From an uncultured Gemmatimonadales bacterium (GTDB lineage: Bacteria; Gemmatimonadota; Gemmatimonadetes; Gemmatimonadales; GWC2-71-9), in the NCBI GenBank assembly GCA_963709905.1, contig CAVPYI010000018.1, positions 223,300-287,299 on the forward strand: a DNA stretch of 64,000 nucleotides, in the 5' to 3' direction. Under the pieces are notes generated by a model, which was not told the origin of the DNA, did not search any database, and was given only the letters and a program-made list of their open reading frames with translations. A program made the translations under genes and the position numbers. Positions within the stretch are counted from its first letter, which is position 1; each line of letters starts with the position of its first letter. Below, piece by piece: positions 1-9,533 of this stretch.

Positions 1-2
1 CC

Positions 3-320
3 GCCTGGACCATCTGGGGCGGGCTCAGCGGACTGGTATTCGCCCTCATTCTTGGAGCCGCCGAGCGCCGGCACACGCTGGCGGAGCTGTCCGTGGCGCG
101 GACGGCCGGTTGGGGAGCACTCGGATCGGCCTCGGTGCCTGGGTTGCTCGCGGGGTTCGACGTACTACGCGGGGCGACTGCCGGCGCGCTGTACGATTGG
201 AGCCCCGCCGTGGTGAGCCTGATCGTGAGTGCCGGCCTGGGAGCCGCGTGCGCCGCCGGGACACTGGCGGTGGCGCGGCGTCCAACAGGGAATCCAACAC
301 CACCCTTGGCCCGGCCCTGA
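3..320 (+). CDS. C-terminal part of a hydrophobic (membrane) protein; 5' end lies outside the window
   Basis: The frame is open from the window edge. The translation (AWTIWGGLSGLVFALILGAAE...SLIVSAGLGAACAAGTLAVA) is TM-helix-like. Its stop directly abuts the next ATG (TGAATG). Confidence 0.4.
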   Translation, partial: AWTIWGGLSGLVFALILGAAERRHTLAELSVARTAGWGALGSASVPGLLAGFDVLRGATAGALYDWSPAVVSLIVSAGLGAACAAGTLAVARRPTGNPTPPLARP

Positions 321-920
321 ATGGCTGACGCCGGCGCCCTCGCCGCGGAGCTGGTCGCCATGGCGGACGCAGACCTCCGGGTCCGGCAGGAGCTGGCCAC
401 GGACGGCTCGCTATGGGCCGGCTACCACCCGCGAATGCAGGCGGTCCACGACCGGAACGCCGGCCGGCTGACCGAGATCCTGGATACCCATGGCTGGCCG
501 GGGCGCTCGCTGGTCGGCGAGCGGGCGGCCCATGCCGCCTGGCTGATCCTGCAGCACGCGATCGGCCACCCTGACCTGCTGCGGCGGGGCCTGGCCCTGC
601 TCCAGGCCGCGCCGGCGGGCGAGGTCTCGGCCATCGAACTAGCGATGCTCGATGACCGGATCCGCGGCTTCGAAGGCCGGGGCCAGCTCTATGGAACCCA
701 GTTCGACTGGGACGACGAGGGGCAGATGAGCCCGCTCCCGATCGAGGACCCCGCGGGGGTGGACCAGCGCCGCGCAACGGTAGGCCTGGGGCCCCTCGCC
801 GAGGCAGTTGAACGGCACCGCGCCGAGAGCGGTGAGACAGCTCCGGCCGATCGGGAGCGGCGGCGGCGGGAACAGGAGGCGTGGCTGGAGCGAGTCGGCT
901 GGCGGCAGAAAGGTCTGTGA
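321..920 (+). CDS. Conserved hypothetical protein (DUF6624-like by recollection, unverified)
   Basis: 199-aa ORF with high GC3. Motifs HGWPGRSLVGERAAHAAWLILQHA and GRGQLYGTQF resemble a widespread actinobacterial/soil hypothetical family. It abuts both flanking ORFs. Confidence 0.6.
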   Translation: MADAGALAAELVAMADADLRVRQELATDGSLWAGYHPRMQAVHDRNAGRLTEILDTHGWPGRSLVGERAAHAAWLILQHAIGHPDLLRRGLALLQAAPAGEVSAIELAMLDDRIRGFEGRGQLYGTQFDWDDEGQMSPLPIEDPAGVDQRRATVGLGPLAEAVERHRAESGETAPADRERRRREQEAWLERVGWRQKGL

Positions 921-1667
921 ATGCGGAAGTGGATCCGCCGGCTCTGGATCAGCGGAGGCCTCGCCTTCGTAGCCTGGCTCGCCTGGAACGCTGAGGCCCG
1001 CGGAGTGGACCCGGAGCTGCTGCACTCGACGGCCGCGGTAGCGGTGATGGACTCGGGAGCCATCCTGCGATTCACGCCGCGGGCCGATTCCACGTCGCCG
1101 GGAGTGATCTTCCTGCCTGGCGGAGCGATCGACCCGCAGGCGTACGTGCCCCTGCTGCGGGCAGTAGCCGCGGCGGGTTATCCCGCGGTCCTGGTGCGGC
1201 TGCCCTGGCGTGTGGCCCCCAGCGCCTCGAGCCAGCGCCTGGTGTGGGACCGGATCCTCGGCGTGGTGTCAGAGGCACCGGCGCGGCGCTGGGTCCTCGC
1301 CGGCCACTCCCGCGGCGCGGCGCTGAGTGCCCGCTTCGCCGGCCTGCATCCCAAGGCGCTGGCCGGCCTGGTGCTGATCGGCACCACCCATCCGAAGCGC
1401 GAGAGTCTGGCCGGCCTGACGATGCCGGTCACCAAGATCTACGGTACCCGCGACTGCGTGGCCGATTCGGCCGCGGTCTTCGCCAACGCCTCCCTCCTGC
1501 CGGCGAACACCCGATGGGTGCGCCTGGAGGGCGCCAATCACCGGCAGTTCGGCTGGTACGGCGCCCAGCTGGGCGACTGCAGCGCCACCATGACCCGGGA
1601 AGATCAGCAGGCGCGTACGGTTCAGGCGCTGCTGGACGCACTGACATCCGCCGACGTGGCACACTGA
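921..1667 (+). CDS. Alpha/beta-fold hydrolase with N-terminal membrane anchor
   Basis: Nucleophile elbow GHSRG (LAGHSRGAALS). N-terminal hydrophobic segment LWISGGLAFVAWLAW. Start abuts the previous stop. Confidence 0.8.
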   Translation: MRKWIRRLWISGGLAFVAWLAWNAEARGVDPELLHSTAAVAVMDSGAILRFTPRADSTSPGVIFLPGGAIDPQAYVPLLRAVAAAGYPAVLVRLPWRVAPSASSQRLVWDRILGVVSEAPARRWVLAGHSRGAALSARFAGLHPKALAGLVLIGTTHPKRESLAGLTMPVTKIYGTRDCVADSAAVFANASLLPANTRWVRLEGANHRQFGWYGAQLGDCSATMTREDQQARTVQALLDALTSADVAH

Positions 1668-1728
1668 GCTCCGTCCGGGCGCCCGCCGCCAGGAGAATGC
1701 CCGACCGACACCGCTCTCCCCTCACCAC

Positions 1729-1770
1729 GAACGCGGGAGCGACGCTCGCCTGAGCATCGCTCCCGCGTTC
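1729..1770. terminator. Perfect 14-bp inverted repeat between convergent genes (candidate bidirectional terminator hairpin)
   Basis: gaacgcgggagcga (1729-1742) pairs with tcgctcccgcgttc (1757-1770) across a 14-nt loop. It lies between the stops at 1667 (+) and 1792 (-). There is no U-tract. Confidence 0.4.
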
Positions 1771-1791
1771 GGCACCCGTCGCGACTGACGA

Positions 1792-3300
1792 CTAACCGAG
1801 GCCTGGCCCCTTCGGAGGGTCCTGGCGCCAGGCCCGTTGCCACTCGTCCAGCTGGCGCGCGGCGATCTCCCGACCGCCAAGACCGAAGGCCACCGCCAGG
1901 GCCACGGCCACGGCCCCGAGCACCAGGCCGACCGCCAGCACGATGACCTGATCGGCGATGCCGATCTCCTGGAGGGCGACCGCCCCCGAGAACACCAGGA
2001 TCGTGACCCGCGACGCCAGGGCCAACGCCCGCGCCTGGTGTACCCCAGTGCCCTCGACCGCCGTCGCGGCGGCATTCGCCAGGAACAGGCCCAGGGCGAA
2101 GATCAGGGCCCCGAGCAACAGCTTTCCGCCGAATACCGTAAAGTCGGCGAGCAGCCCCGCCACGGTGGTGAACCCCAGCAGGTTGAACGCCTCGATCCCG
2201 GCAAACACCAGAATCGCGACCAGGGCGATAACCCCGACGATCGCCGCGGGCCGATAGCGCTCGTCCTTTGGTTCGCGCATGATCCCCAGTTTGACGATCA
2301 TGTCGTCGAAGCCGATCCCGCTGAGCAACGCCGTCACCAGCCCGGCCACCAGCCGTGCCACGATGAACGCGAGCACCAGGATTACCGTGACCGCGAACAG
2401 CACCGGCAGGGCGTTCAGCATCGTCCCCAGCATGTTGCTGGCCGGCCGGGTGATGGCATCGACGTTCAGGGCATTGAGGCTGGCGATCAGCACCGGCAAG
2501 AGCACCAGGACGTACACCACCAAGCCGAGCACTCGCGACGGCGAGTGCTTGCCCAGGGCTCGCTGGACCCCGGTACTGGCACCTAACTGGTCCACGCCCA
2601 CCGCCGAGAACAGGTTCTCGACCACCCGCTGGATCACCCGGGCGACGAACCACCCGATGACCAGGATGACGAGCGCCGTGACCAGATTGGGCAGATAGGC
2701 CATCACCTTGTTCATCATGTCCTGCACCGGCTGCAGCAGGCCCTGCAAGGCGAGGACGCCGAGGATGGCGGGGAGGAACAGCAGGTACACCAGCCAGTAG
2801 ACCGCCTCGCTCACGGTCTTCTGCAGCGGCGGGACACGGCGGCCCTCGATGGCGGGGCTGCGACTCAGCCGCTCGTCCACCTTGAGGGCGCCGAGACCGC
2901 GGGCGACCACGGTGCGGAGCGCCGTCGCCACGATCCAGGCGATGACCAGCAGCGCCACCGCGCCCAGCACCCGCGGCGCGTAGGTCGACATCTCCGAGAG
3001 CAGCTGGTTGAGTGGCTCGGTGAGCAGCGTCAACCCGATCGCCTGGAAGAACCCGACCAGGACGAACAGCATCAGGACCCAGAACACCACCCGTCCAACC
3101 GAGTCCTCGATCGGAACCCCGCCCCCTTCGGCCATCCAGTCGGCCACCTTGTTGTCGATCGTGGTGCGCTTGAGCGCCGCCCGCACCAGCCGGGCGATCG
3201 CATAGGCCACGACCCAGCCGATGACCAGGATGGCGAGGGCGACGAGCAGGTTGGGGAGGTAGTCCCGCACCGCCCGCGTCAGCTGATTCAGGAATTCCAT
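1792..3300 (-). CDS. Multi-pass membrane protein built from repeated 'conserved TM helix' units (MscS N-terminal-like)
   Basis: 502 aa. The pattern (hydrophobic helix + ARxV/L + GxxxxD) recurs many times, e.g. LLVALAILVIGWVVAYAIARLV and LVILVIGWFVARVIQRVV. No antisense alternative is credible. Confidence 0.7.
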   Translation of the reverse strand: MEFLNQLTRAVRDYLPNLLVALAILVIGWVVAYAIARLVRAALKRTTIDNKVADWMAEGGGVPIEDSVGRVVFWVLMLFVLVGFFQAIGLTLLTEPLNQLLSEMSTYAPRVLGAVALLVIAWIVATALRTVVARGLGALKVDERLSRSPAIEGRRVPPLQKTVSEAVYWLVYLLFLPAILGVLALQGLLQPVQDMMNKVMAYLPNLVTALVILVIGWFVARVIQRVVENLFSAVGVDQLGASTGVQRALGKHSPSRVLGLVVYVLVLLPVLIASLNALNVDAITRPASNMLGTMLNALPVLFAVTVILVLAFIVARLVAGLVTALLSGIGFDDMIVKLGIMREPKDERYRPAAIVGVIALVAILVFAGIEAFNLLGFTTVAGLLADFTVFGGKLLLGALIFALGLFLANAAATAVEGTGVHQARALALASRVTILVFSGAVALQEIGIADQVIVLAVGLVLGAVAVALAVAFGLGGREIAARQLDEWQRAWRQDPPKGPGLG

Positions 3301-3594
3301 CGCGTTCCCCCTTGGGAAGATGGTCCACGTCGCGGCACCGATCGCCCCGGTACAAGCGCGAATCGCCCGCGACCCTGGGGGCCCCGCTGGCGGCGATCAC
3401 GATCCATCTCAGCTGAATCGCGGCAGACCTGGGCTCGGCGGGACCACAGAAGGCGCGCCGTGACCGGTCCGTTGCCCGGCTCAAGGGAAGGACCAGCGCG
3501 CGCGCATGATACTTTGATATCACCGTATTATGCCACACTGACCAGCGAACGGCAAGGCGCGAGTTCCATCTCAGTTGTGAGGCCCGCCGACCGC

Positions 3595-4653
3595 TCAACG
3601 CGCCACTATGGCATGACTGCGCACGGCGTCCACGACCAGACGGATCGCGTTGGTGACCACCTCGGGCTGGTCGAGCTGGATGTGATGACCGCTCTGGTCC
3701 GCCATCAGCAGCGTGCTGTTGCCTGACAGGTTGGCCAGCTCGAGTTTCTGGCGTCGTTTGTCCTCGCTGACCCGCTGCCAGTCATCCGTGGAAATGCCGG
3801 GCGGCGGGTTGCCGGTCTCCGGCGCGGGAAGCACCACCACCAGAGGCATCGTACCCAGCGGGTATGACCGCCCTGCCCTCGCCAGGTACAGGGTCTGGAG
3901 TTCTTCGGCCCAGAAGTCGGGCCGGGCGGCGGCGCGGGGGGGGTGGGATCGGAACCAGAGCCGCATCGCCTGCACCGACGCCGGCAACCGGTCGAACGGC
4001 GGCTCGGTCTTCGGGGGGCCGAGCATCTGCGCGTTGAACGCGAATTGCTCGCTGTCCTCCCGGGTGGCCGGCTCGGGCGGGCTGCTCCGCATCGTCTGAA
4101 CCGGCGGCACGGGAGTCGACGTCGCCCCGTCCCGCACCCGCACCAGCTTGCCCTGGTATATCAGCCGCGTGCTTTCATGGGTCGGGTCCACCAGCACCAT
4201 CCCGGCGATCTCCGGAGGGTATTGTTGGGCGAAGACCCGCACAATTAATCCGCCGATGGAGTGCCCCACCAGCACCAACGGCCCATCGACCTGCGCGGCG
4301 TTCAAGAGGGTGTGCAGCTCGTAGGCATCTTGGCGCATCGTCCGGGGCGTGGGACCCGGGTCGCTCCAGGCCAGGCCCGCGCGATCGTAGCCGCAGACCC
4401 GCGCAAGACGGGACACCTCCGATTGCACCAGGCTCCAATCGAACGAGAAGTCCCCGGCCCCGGCCACCAGGACAACCGTCGGACCGCTCTTGCCGGTGCA
4501 GTGGAGGTGCAGTCGATAGCCGCCAACGTCGATCAGCTCGCCCGGCGGCGGATACCCGCCCTCGTCGTCGGGCTTGGAACGGGCGTGGTCTCCGTGGGAG
4601 CATGCCCCGGCGACCAGCAGGGCGAAGAGCAGCGTGACCCTGGGCTTCAGCAC
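3595..4653 (-). CDS. Alpha/beta hydrolase lipoprotein
   Basis: Lipobox-like N-terminus LLVAGAC. Nucleophile elbow GHSIGG. HG-type oxyanion region VVLVAGAGD. Confidence 0.8.
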   Translation of the reverse strand: MLKPRVTLLFALLVAGACSHGDHARSKPDDEGGYPPPGELIDVGGYRLHLHCTGKSGPTVVLVAGAGDFSFDWSLVQSEVSRLARVCGYDRAGLAWSDPGPTPRTMRQDAYELHTLLNAAQVDGPLVLVGHSIGGLIVRVFAQQYPPEIAGMVLVDPTHESTRLIYQGKLVRVRDGATSTPVPPVQTMRSSPPEPATREDSEQFAFNAQMLGPPKTEPPFDRLPASVQAMRLWFRSHPPRAAARPDFWAEELQTLYLARAGRSYPLGTMPLVVVLPAPETGNPPPGISTDDWQRVSEDKRRQKLELANLSGNSTLLMADQSGHHIQLDQPEVVTNAIRLVVDAVRSHAIVAR

Positions 4654-4726
4654 CCGGCCTCGCTTTGGGTAGACTGAACGCAGGACGGCGGGTCTTGTGG
4701 GGATGTTTCACGACGCACCGTTGCTT

Positions 4727-4836
4727 GAGGGCCCAGGGCCCGGAGCCCAGGGCCCAGTGAGTAATGACTTGTTGGTAGGTGACCCGGTGACTCAGGCTCA
4801 CACCACTGGGCCCTCGGCCCTGGGCCCTGGGCCCTC
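4727..4836. repeat. Two inverted arrays of GGGCCCA-type heptamers (33-nt arms, 30/33 complementary, 44-nt spacer)
   Basis: Left arm gagggcccagggcccggagcccagggcccagtg (4727-4759). Right arm cactgggccctcggccctgggccctgggccctc (4804-4836). Located in the divergent gap between the starts at 4653 (-) and 4871 (+). Confidence 0.8.
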
Positions 4837-4870
4837 AAACCCGACCCTACCTTATCCCCGAGCCCCATTC

Positions 4871-5338
4871 ATGTACGCTGCCCTCAAGGTCCTGCACATC
4901 CTCGCCGTGGTGCTCTTTCTCGGCAATATCATCACCGGCGTGTTCTGGAAGTACCACGGCGACCGGACTGGCGACCCCCGGATCATGGCCCACACGATGG
5001 CCGGGATTACCCGGAGCGACCGCTGGTTCACGATTCCCGGCGTGGTGGCCATCGTGGTGTCCGGGATTGCCGGGGCGATGCTCGGGGGTCTGCCAATCCT
5101 GGGCACCGCGTGGATCTGGCAGTCGATCGTGCTGTTCACCATTGCGGGTCTGGCGTTCGTCTTCCAGGTGGCTCCGCTCCAGCGGCGCCTGCGCTCTCTG
5201 GCCGAGGCCGCGGCCGGTGGCGAGCCGTGGGACCCTACGGTCTATCGCAGGCTGTCGCGCCGGTGGGATTTCTGGGGCGCAGTCGCGACCATAGCGCCGC
5301 TGGTGGCGCTGGGGCTGATGGTGTATAAGCCGGTGTAA
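4871..5338 (+). CDS. DUF2269-family integral membrane protein
   Basis: Internal ATG at 4871 (MYAALKVLHILAVVLFLGNIITGVFWK...). Four predicted TM helices. The upstream part of ORF 4697.. runs through the heptamer repeats and is not coding-like. Confidence 0.7.
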   Translation: MYAALKVLHILAVVLFLGNIITGVFWKYHGDRTGDPRIMAHTMAGITRSDRWFTIPGVVAIVVSGIAGAMLGGLPILGTAWIWQSIVLFTIAGLAFVFQVAPLQRRLRSLAEAAAGGEPWDPTVYRRLSRRWDFWGAVATIAPLVALGLMVYKPV

Positions 5339-5355
5339 GAGGGCCCAGGGCCCAC
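5339..5355. repeat. Short GGGCCCA heptamer array (about 2 units) starting 1 nt after the DUF2269 stop
   Basis: gagggcccagggcccac, the same unit as at 4727-4836. Confidence 0.6.
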
Positions 5356-5370
5356 AATCCAAGGAGTCCC

Positions 5371-5500
5371 GTGGCCGAACTCAAGACCAGGCCCAACAAG
5401 CGGAGTGTAGCGACGTTTCTGGCCCGAATCCGCGATCCCGAGCAGCGACGCGACGCCCGCGCTGTCGCGGCGATGATGCGGGCCGCCGGAAGAAGTGAGT
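5371..5500 (+). pseudogene. Remnant of a DUF1801/YdhG-like gene (only about the first 40 codons look genuine)
   Basis: MAELKTRPNKRSVATFLARIRDPEQRRDARAVAAMMRAA matches the typical DUF1801 N-terminus by recollection. The expected continuation (...MWG.SIVGFG...) is absent in all frames. The rest of ORF 5371..5769 is Arg/Ser-rich noise overlapping the next gene. Confidence 0.35.
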
Positions 5501-5608
5501 CCTCGGCTTCGAGCAGATCTTGCGGTGGACATTCCCGGCACGTCTCTTTAACAAGTAGCCGGTTCCGTGCCGCGGCTGGTCGATCGCGCGGCCCTGAGAG
5601 GGCAGGAG

Positions 5609-8020
5609 ATGACGATTACGGCGGGAATCGCCGGACGGTCGACGCGGCAGGCGCTGGCACCCATCGTGGTGCTGGCGCTTGGCGCTGTTTCATGGCTGTC
5701 CTGCGGTGGGGGCGACAGCCAGACCGGGCCCGAGCTCCCCCAGATCGTCATCGACTCCATCAGGCCTGACACCGCGACCGCCACCCTCGCGAGCACCCGG
5801 ATTTTCATCTACGGCCGGCACTTCGTGGGCGGGGCACAAGTGCTGGTCAATGGGTCGGCTCACGCCGCGACGTTGAACAGCCCAGTTCAACTCTGGACCC
5901 TCCTCAACGTGGTGGACCTGGCGCAGCCGGACACCCTCTCCGTGTCGGTGAGTGCACCGGGCGCCATCACATCCGGGACGCTGCCGTTCCGGGTTCTGCC
6001 CCTGCCCCCTGCACCGGTGCTGCTCACGATCAGCGTGGACTCGGTCGACGCGGGAACCTCGCTGACCCTGTTCGCCACCGGACAGCACATCCGCACGGGA
6101 ACCCGGATCCTGTGGGACGGCGTGACGCTCCCATCCATCCTGTTTCTGGACACCACCCGGGTGCAGGGCTACCTGGGCACTCAACTGAATGTACCGGGAG
6201 TCCATCAGGTCACCTTGCGAACCCTGCCGCCCGGTGGCGGGTACTCGAATACCCTGCTCGCGACCTCCTACGCCGGCAGGCCGCGGATCACGGGCATCAC
6301 GCCCGACAGTGCGACGGCCGGCCGGACGGACGTGACGGTTACGGCCACCGGCACCGAGTTCTATGCCACCAGCCGGATCCGGTTCGACGGGGTCGACCAA
6401 CCCACGACCTTCAACACTTTCACCGGCACGCTGACGGCCACGGTGACCCCGGCGGCCATCACCACGCCCGGGAGCATCCCGGTGACGGTGTTCACGCCGG
6501 CGCCGGGCGGCGGGACCTCGGATCCGCTGGTGTTCACTTCCAAGGTCCAGCCACCCGTCCCCACCCTCACGTCGCTGTCGGTGGACTCGATCCTGGCCGG
6601 CGAGACCGCCCAGGTGTACGCCACGGGCACCGGGTTCGTTCCGGGCACCACGCTCCACTTCGGTCCGGTTGTGCGCTTCACCGTCTGGCTGGCTGATACG
6701 CTCATCACTGCCGCCTATGGCTCGGCGACCGGGGGCACCGTACAGGTCACGGCGGTCACCCAACCGCCCGGCGGGGGCACCTCCAACGCCCTCCCCTTCA
6801 CGGTCACGCCGCTCAACGTGGTGCCTACCATTACGGACTTCGAGCCCCGGTTCAGTGTGAGCACACCCGATGCCGGCACACTCACGATCCTGGGGATCGG
6901 CTTCGCTCCGGGGGCGGTCGTGAAGTGGAACGACGCGCCCAGATCGTCCACCGTCGTGAGCGACAGCCGGATCGACATGGCGCTCGAGGCCGGCGATCTG
7001 GCGGAGATCAAGGACATCACCGTGGCGGTGATCAACCCGCCGCCCGGGGGCGGGGGCACGGCGCACACCCATTACATCATCGATTCCCGGACGATCGACA
7101 TGAAGATCGTCGATTTCTGGTCCCTGGACCTGCTCTGGGACTCGACCCGCCAGCGCATCTACGCCTCGGATGCCACCGCCCTTCGCGTCGTGGCGTTCGA
7201 TCCGGTGGCCGGGACCATTACGGGGAGCGTGACCACGCCGGCGCATGCGTCGGCGCTCCGCCCGAGCGCCGACTGGAGCCGGCTCTATACCGCCAGCACC
7301 CCGGTGCAGATCCTCACCCTCTCCTCCTTCAGCCTGCTCGGCAGCTGGGACATCGGACAGGTGTCGGACGGAGGAATGCACTTCGACGCGAGTCCCAAGG
7401 AGCCGCTGACCTTCGCCGCACTGGTGGGTTCGATGGTGGGGCTCAACTACGCGGTCGTGGCGACCTATACGCTCGCGGTTCGCAGCACCACGGAAAGCGG
7501 GCCGATGCGCGGGCCGGTCGCGTACGACACCAGCGGGACGGTCGTCTTTGGGCGGTCGGGGCTGGATAGCAGCCTGGTCCGGATCTTCGTGCCGGCCGGC
7601 CAGCCACTCGGCGAAGAGGTTCAGCCACACCTCGGTATCTGGGAGGATGAGCGCTGGATGAAATCGGCGGGAGACCGATTGTACAGCAACCGCGGCCGGG
7701 TGATCGATGTAGTGACATTTACCCGGCTCGCATCGATCGGGCAGCCTGGGCGAATGGTACGGACCGTCGCGCTGGATGAAGCCCGGAGCCGGATCTATGC
7801 GCTCGAGCTGATCCCGGGGAACGAGACCGAGCTCGAGCACTGCGTGCTGGTCAAGTACGACATGGCGTCGCTGCAGTATCTCGACGAGCAGCGGATCCCA
7901 ACCCCCTGCCCTCCCGATTATCTGCCCGCGGGTGCCGCCGGCTTCGTGCGCTGGGGAGCGGACGGTCTGGCGTTCCGTTCCGCCGGGGTCCTCCTGCTGC
8001 GCACCTCCCTGATCGACTGA
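5609..8020 (+). CDS. IPT/TIG-repeat surface lipoprotein with a C-terminal beta-propeller-like region
   Basis: Signal/lipobox ALGAVSWLSCGG. At least four Ig-like repeats each end in PPGGG(T/Y)S (e.g. TPAPGGGTSDPLVF, TQPPGGGTSNALPF). The start at Met15 of the ORF (5609) is inferred. Confidence 0.8.
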   Translation: MTITAGIAGRSTRQALAPIVVLALGAVSWLSCGGGDSQTGPELPQIVIDSIRPDTATATLASTRIFIYGRHFVGGAQVLVNGSAHAATLNSPVQLWTLLNVVDLAQPDTLSVSVSAPGAITSGTLPFRVLPLPPAPVLLTISVDSVDAGTSLTLFATGQHIRTGTRILWDGVTLPSILFLDTTRVQGYLGTQLNVPGVHQVTLRTLPPGGGYSNTLLATSYAGRPRITGITPDSATAGRTDVTVTATGTEFYATSRIRFDGVDQPTTFNTFTGTLTATVTPAAITTPGSIPVTVFTPAPGGGTSDPLVFTSKVQPPVPTLTSLSVDSILAGETAQVYATGTGFVPGTTLHFGPVVRFTVWLADTLITAAYGSATGGTVQVTAVTQPPGGGTSNALPFTVTPLNVVPTITDFEPRFSVSTPDAGTLTILGIGFAPGAVVKWNDAPRSSTVVSDSRIDMALEAGDLAEIKDITVAVINPPPGGGGTAHTHYIIDSRTIDMKIVDFWSLDLLWDSTRQRIYASDATALRVVAFDPVAGTITGSVTTPAHASALRPSADWSRLYTASTPVQILTLSSFSLLGSWDIGQVSDGGMHFDASPKEPLTFAALVGSMVGLNYAVVATYTLAVRSTTESGPMRGPVAYDTSGTVVFGRSGLDSSLVRIFVPAGQPLGEEVQPHLGIWEDERWMKSAGDRLYSNRGRVIDVVTFTRLASIGQPGRMVRTVALDEARSRIYALELIPGNETELEHCVLVKYDMASLQYLDEQRIPTPCPPDYLPAGAAGFVRWGADGLAFRSAGVLLLRTSLID

Positions 8021-8262
8021 GCGTCGAGGGGTCCGTTCCGGCCCTGGACGCCGGGCCCACCGGCGGCCGGCTGCTGTGCGCCCGCTGGAAGCCCGCGGCA
8101 CCTTTCGATCCGCTCGTGACGAGAGACACTTACGCCACTGCCAGCATACAATAGAGTACGGGTACGACCACCACCATTTCAGGCCAACCCGGTCACGAAG
8201 CAGATCGCGGACCGGGTGCTCCCAAACCGCCGCATCCGCACCGGCCGCCCGGAGACCGTCCC

Positions 8263-9168
8263 ATGCGCCACGCTAGCCACCTCGCCCGGCGACTGCTCCG
8301 CTCGACTTGGCCAGCGCTGGTGTGCACCATGGCGGCCTGTGCCACCGATTCTTCCGGCCCCGGCAGCCCGCCACCGGGAACCACCAACGTCCTGGTCGGA
8401 GCCGGGGACATCGCCGCCTGCAACTCCAACGGTGACGAGGCCACCGCGGACCTGCTGGACGGGATCCCGGGTACCGTCTTCACGGCCGGCGATAATGCCT
8501 ACCCCAATGGTACCGCCACCAACTTCGCCCAGTGCTACGGGCCAAGCTGGGGACGGCACCGGGCCCGGACCCGTCCCGCCCCGGGCAACCATGACTACAA
8601 CACCTCGGGGGCGGCAGACTACTACACCTACTACGGAGCCAGAGCTGGGCCGTCGGGCAGAGGGTACTACAGCTACGACCTGGGCGATTGGCACATCATC
8701 TCGCTCAACAGCAACGTCGCCATGGCAGTCGGCTCGGCCCAGGAGACCTGGCTCCGGGCCGACCTGGCGGCGAGCAACCAGCCCTGTACCCTGGCCTACT
8801 GGCATCATCCCCGGTTCAGCTCGGGCACGACCCACGGCAACGCCAACGCCACGGCACCGTTGTGGCAGGCGCTGTACGACGCCGGGGCGGAGATCGTGGT
8901 CTCCGGCCACGAGCACAACTATGAACGGTTTGCTCCGCAGGATCCGGTCGGAGTCGCCGATCCAGCCACCGGCATCCGGGAGTTCGTGGTCGGGACCGGC
9001 GGGGTCAGCCACTACAATGGCCGTACCCTGCAGCCGAACAGCGAGGTCTTCGAGGGATTGACCTGGGGTGTGCTGAAGCTGACCCTGAGTCCGGGCGGTT
9101 ATTCGTGGACCTTCATCTCCGTTCCGGGCTCGGGCTTCAGCGATTCGGGAACCGGCAGCTGCCACTGA
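8263..9168 (+). CDS. Calcineurin-like metallophosphoesterase (secreted/lipoprotein)
   Basis: Motifs GDIAAC, GDNAY, GNHDY and SGHEHNYERF. N-terminal signal with CTMAAC. Confidence 0.85.
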   Translation: MRHASHLARRLLRSTWPALVCTMAACATDSSGPGSPPPGTTNVLVGAGDIAACNSNGDEATADLLDGIPGTVFTAGDNAYPNGTATNFAQCYGPSWGRHRARTRPAPGNHDYNTSGAADYYTYYGARAGPSGRGYYSYDLGDWHIISLNSNVAMAVGSAQETWLRADLAASNQPCTLAYWHHPRFSSGTTHGNANATAPLWQALYDAGAEIVVSGHEHNYERFAPQDPVGVADPATGIREFVVGTGGVSHYNGRTLQPNSEVFEGLTWGVLKLTLSPGGYSWTFISVPGSGFSDSGTGSCH

Positions 9169-9330
9169 GCCTGCCAGTCTTCAATCCTCCCGCGACCCAA
9201 CCGATCTGACACTCCATTCCGGCGGGACCGCACCTCCTCTGCGACGAGGCGGACGCCCTGCTACCCGCTTCCCTGAGCAGCATGACATTCCATTCCGGTC
9301 GGCACTCCCGGCGCCGACCGGTGTTTCACC

Positions 9331-9339
9331 TGCTATAAT
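9331..9339 (+). promoter_or_regulatory. Extended -10 promoter-like element TGcTATAAT
   Basis: An exact TGnTATAAT sits about 195 nt upstream of the SDR start. It is preceded by a 9-bp perfect hairpin (ccggtcggc...gccgaccgg). There is no convincing -35, and the promoter consensus of this taxon is unknown. Confidence 0.3.
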
Positions 9340-9533
9340 GAGTGCGCCGCCTGAGTTCCGAGATGACAACCACTGAGGCTCATGGGATTCCGTCGGCGGT
9401 TGCCAGCCGCCGACCTCTTCACGGACGAACGCGCTACTGACCGAGCCTCAAGGACGAGAAGGTGCGCCGGTCCGAGTAACGGCCGGACCGGGCGGGTGTG
9501 CAGGCGACAAGGGCAATCGAGGAAAGCGCGCCA

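Noticed and set aside
3527-3555. Minus-strand sigma-70-like TTGCCG-17nt-CATAAT about 220 nt upstream of the membrane-protein gene 1792..3300.
   Set aside because: It is a plausible match, but the promoter consensus for this lineage is unknown. The -35 is weak and there is no independent support.
5567-5608. A longer N-terminus for the IPT/TIG protein. Similar upstream extensions exist at 4697, 9498, 12630, 32607, 41773 and 50483.
   Set aside because: The upstream extensions lack signal-peptide logic or overlap neighbouring features. The internal Met gives a canonical signal/lipobox or cofactor motif at the expected distance.
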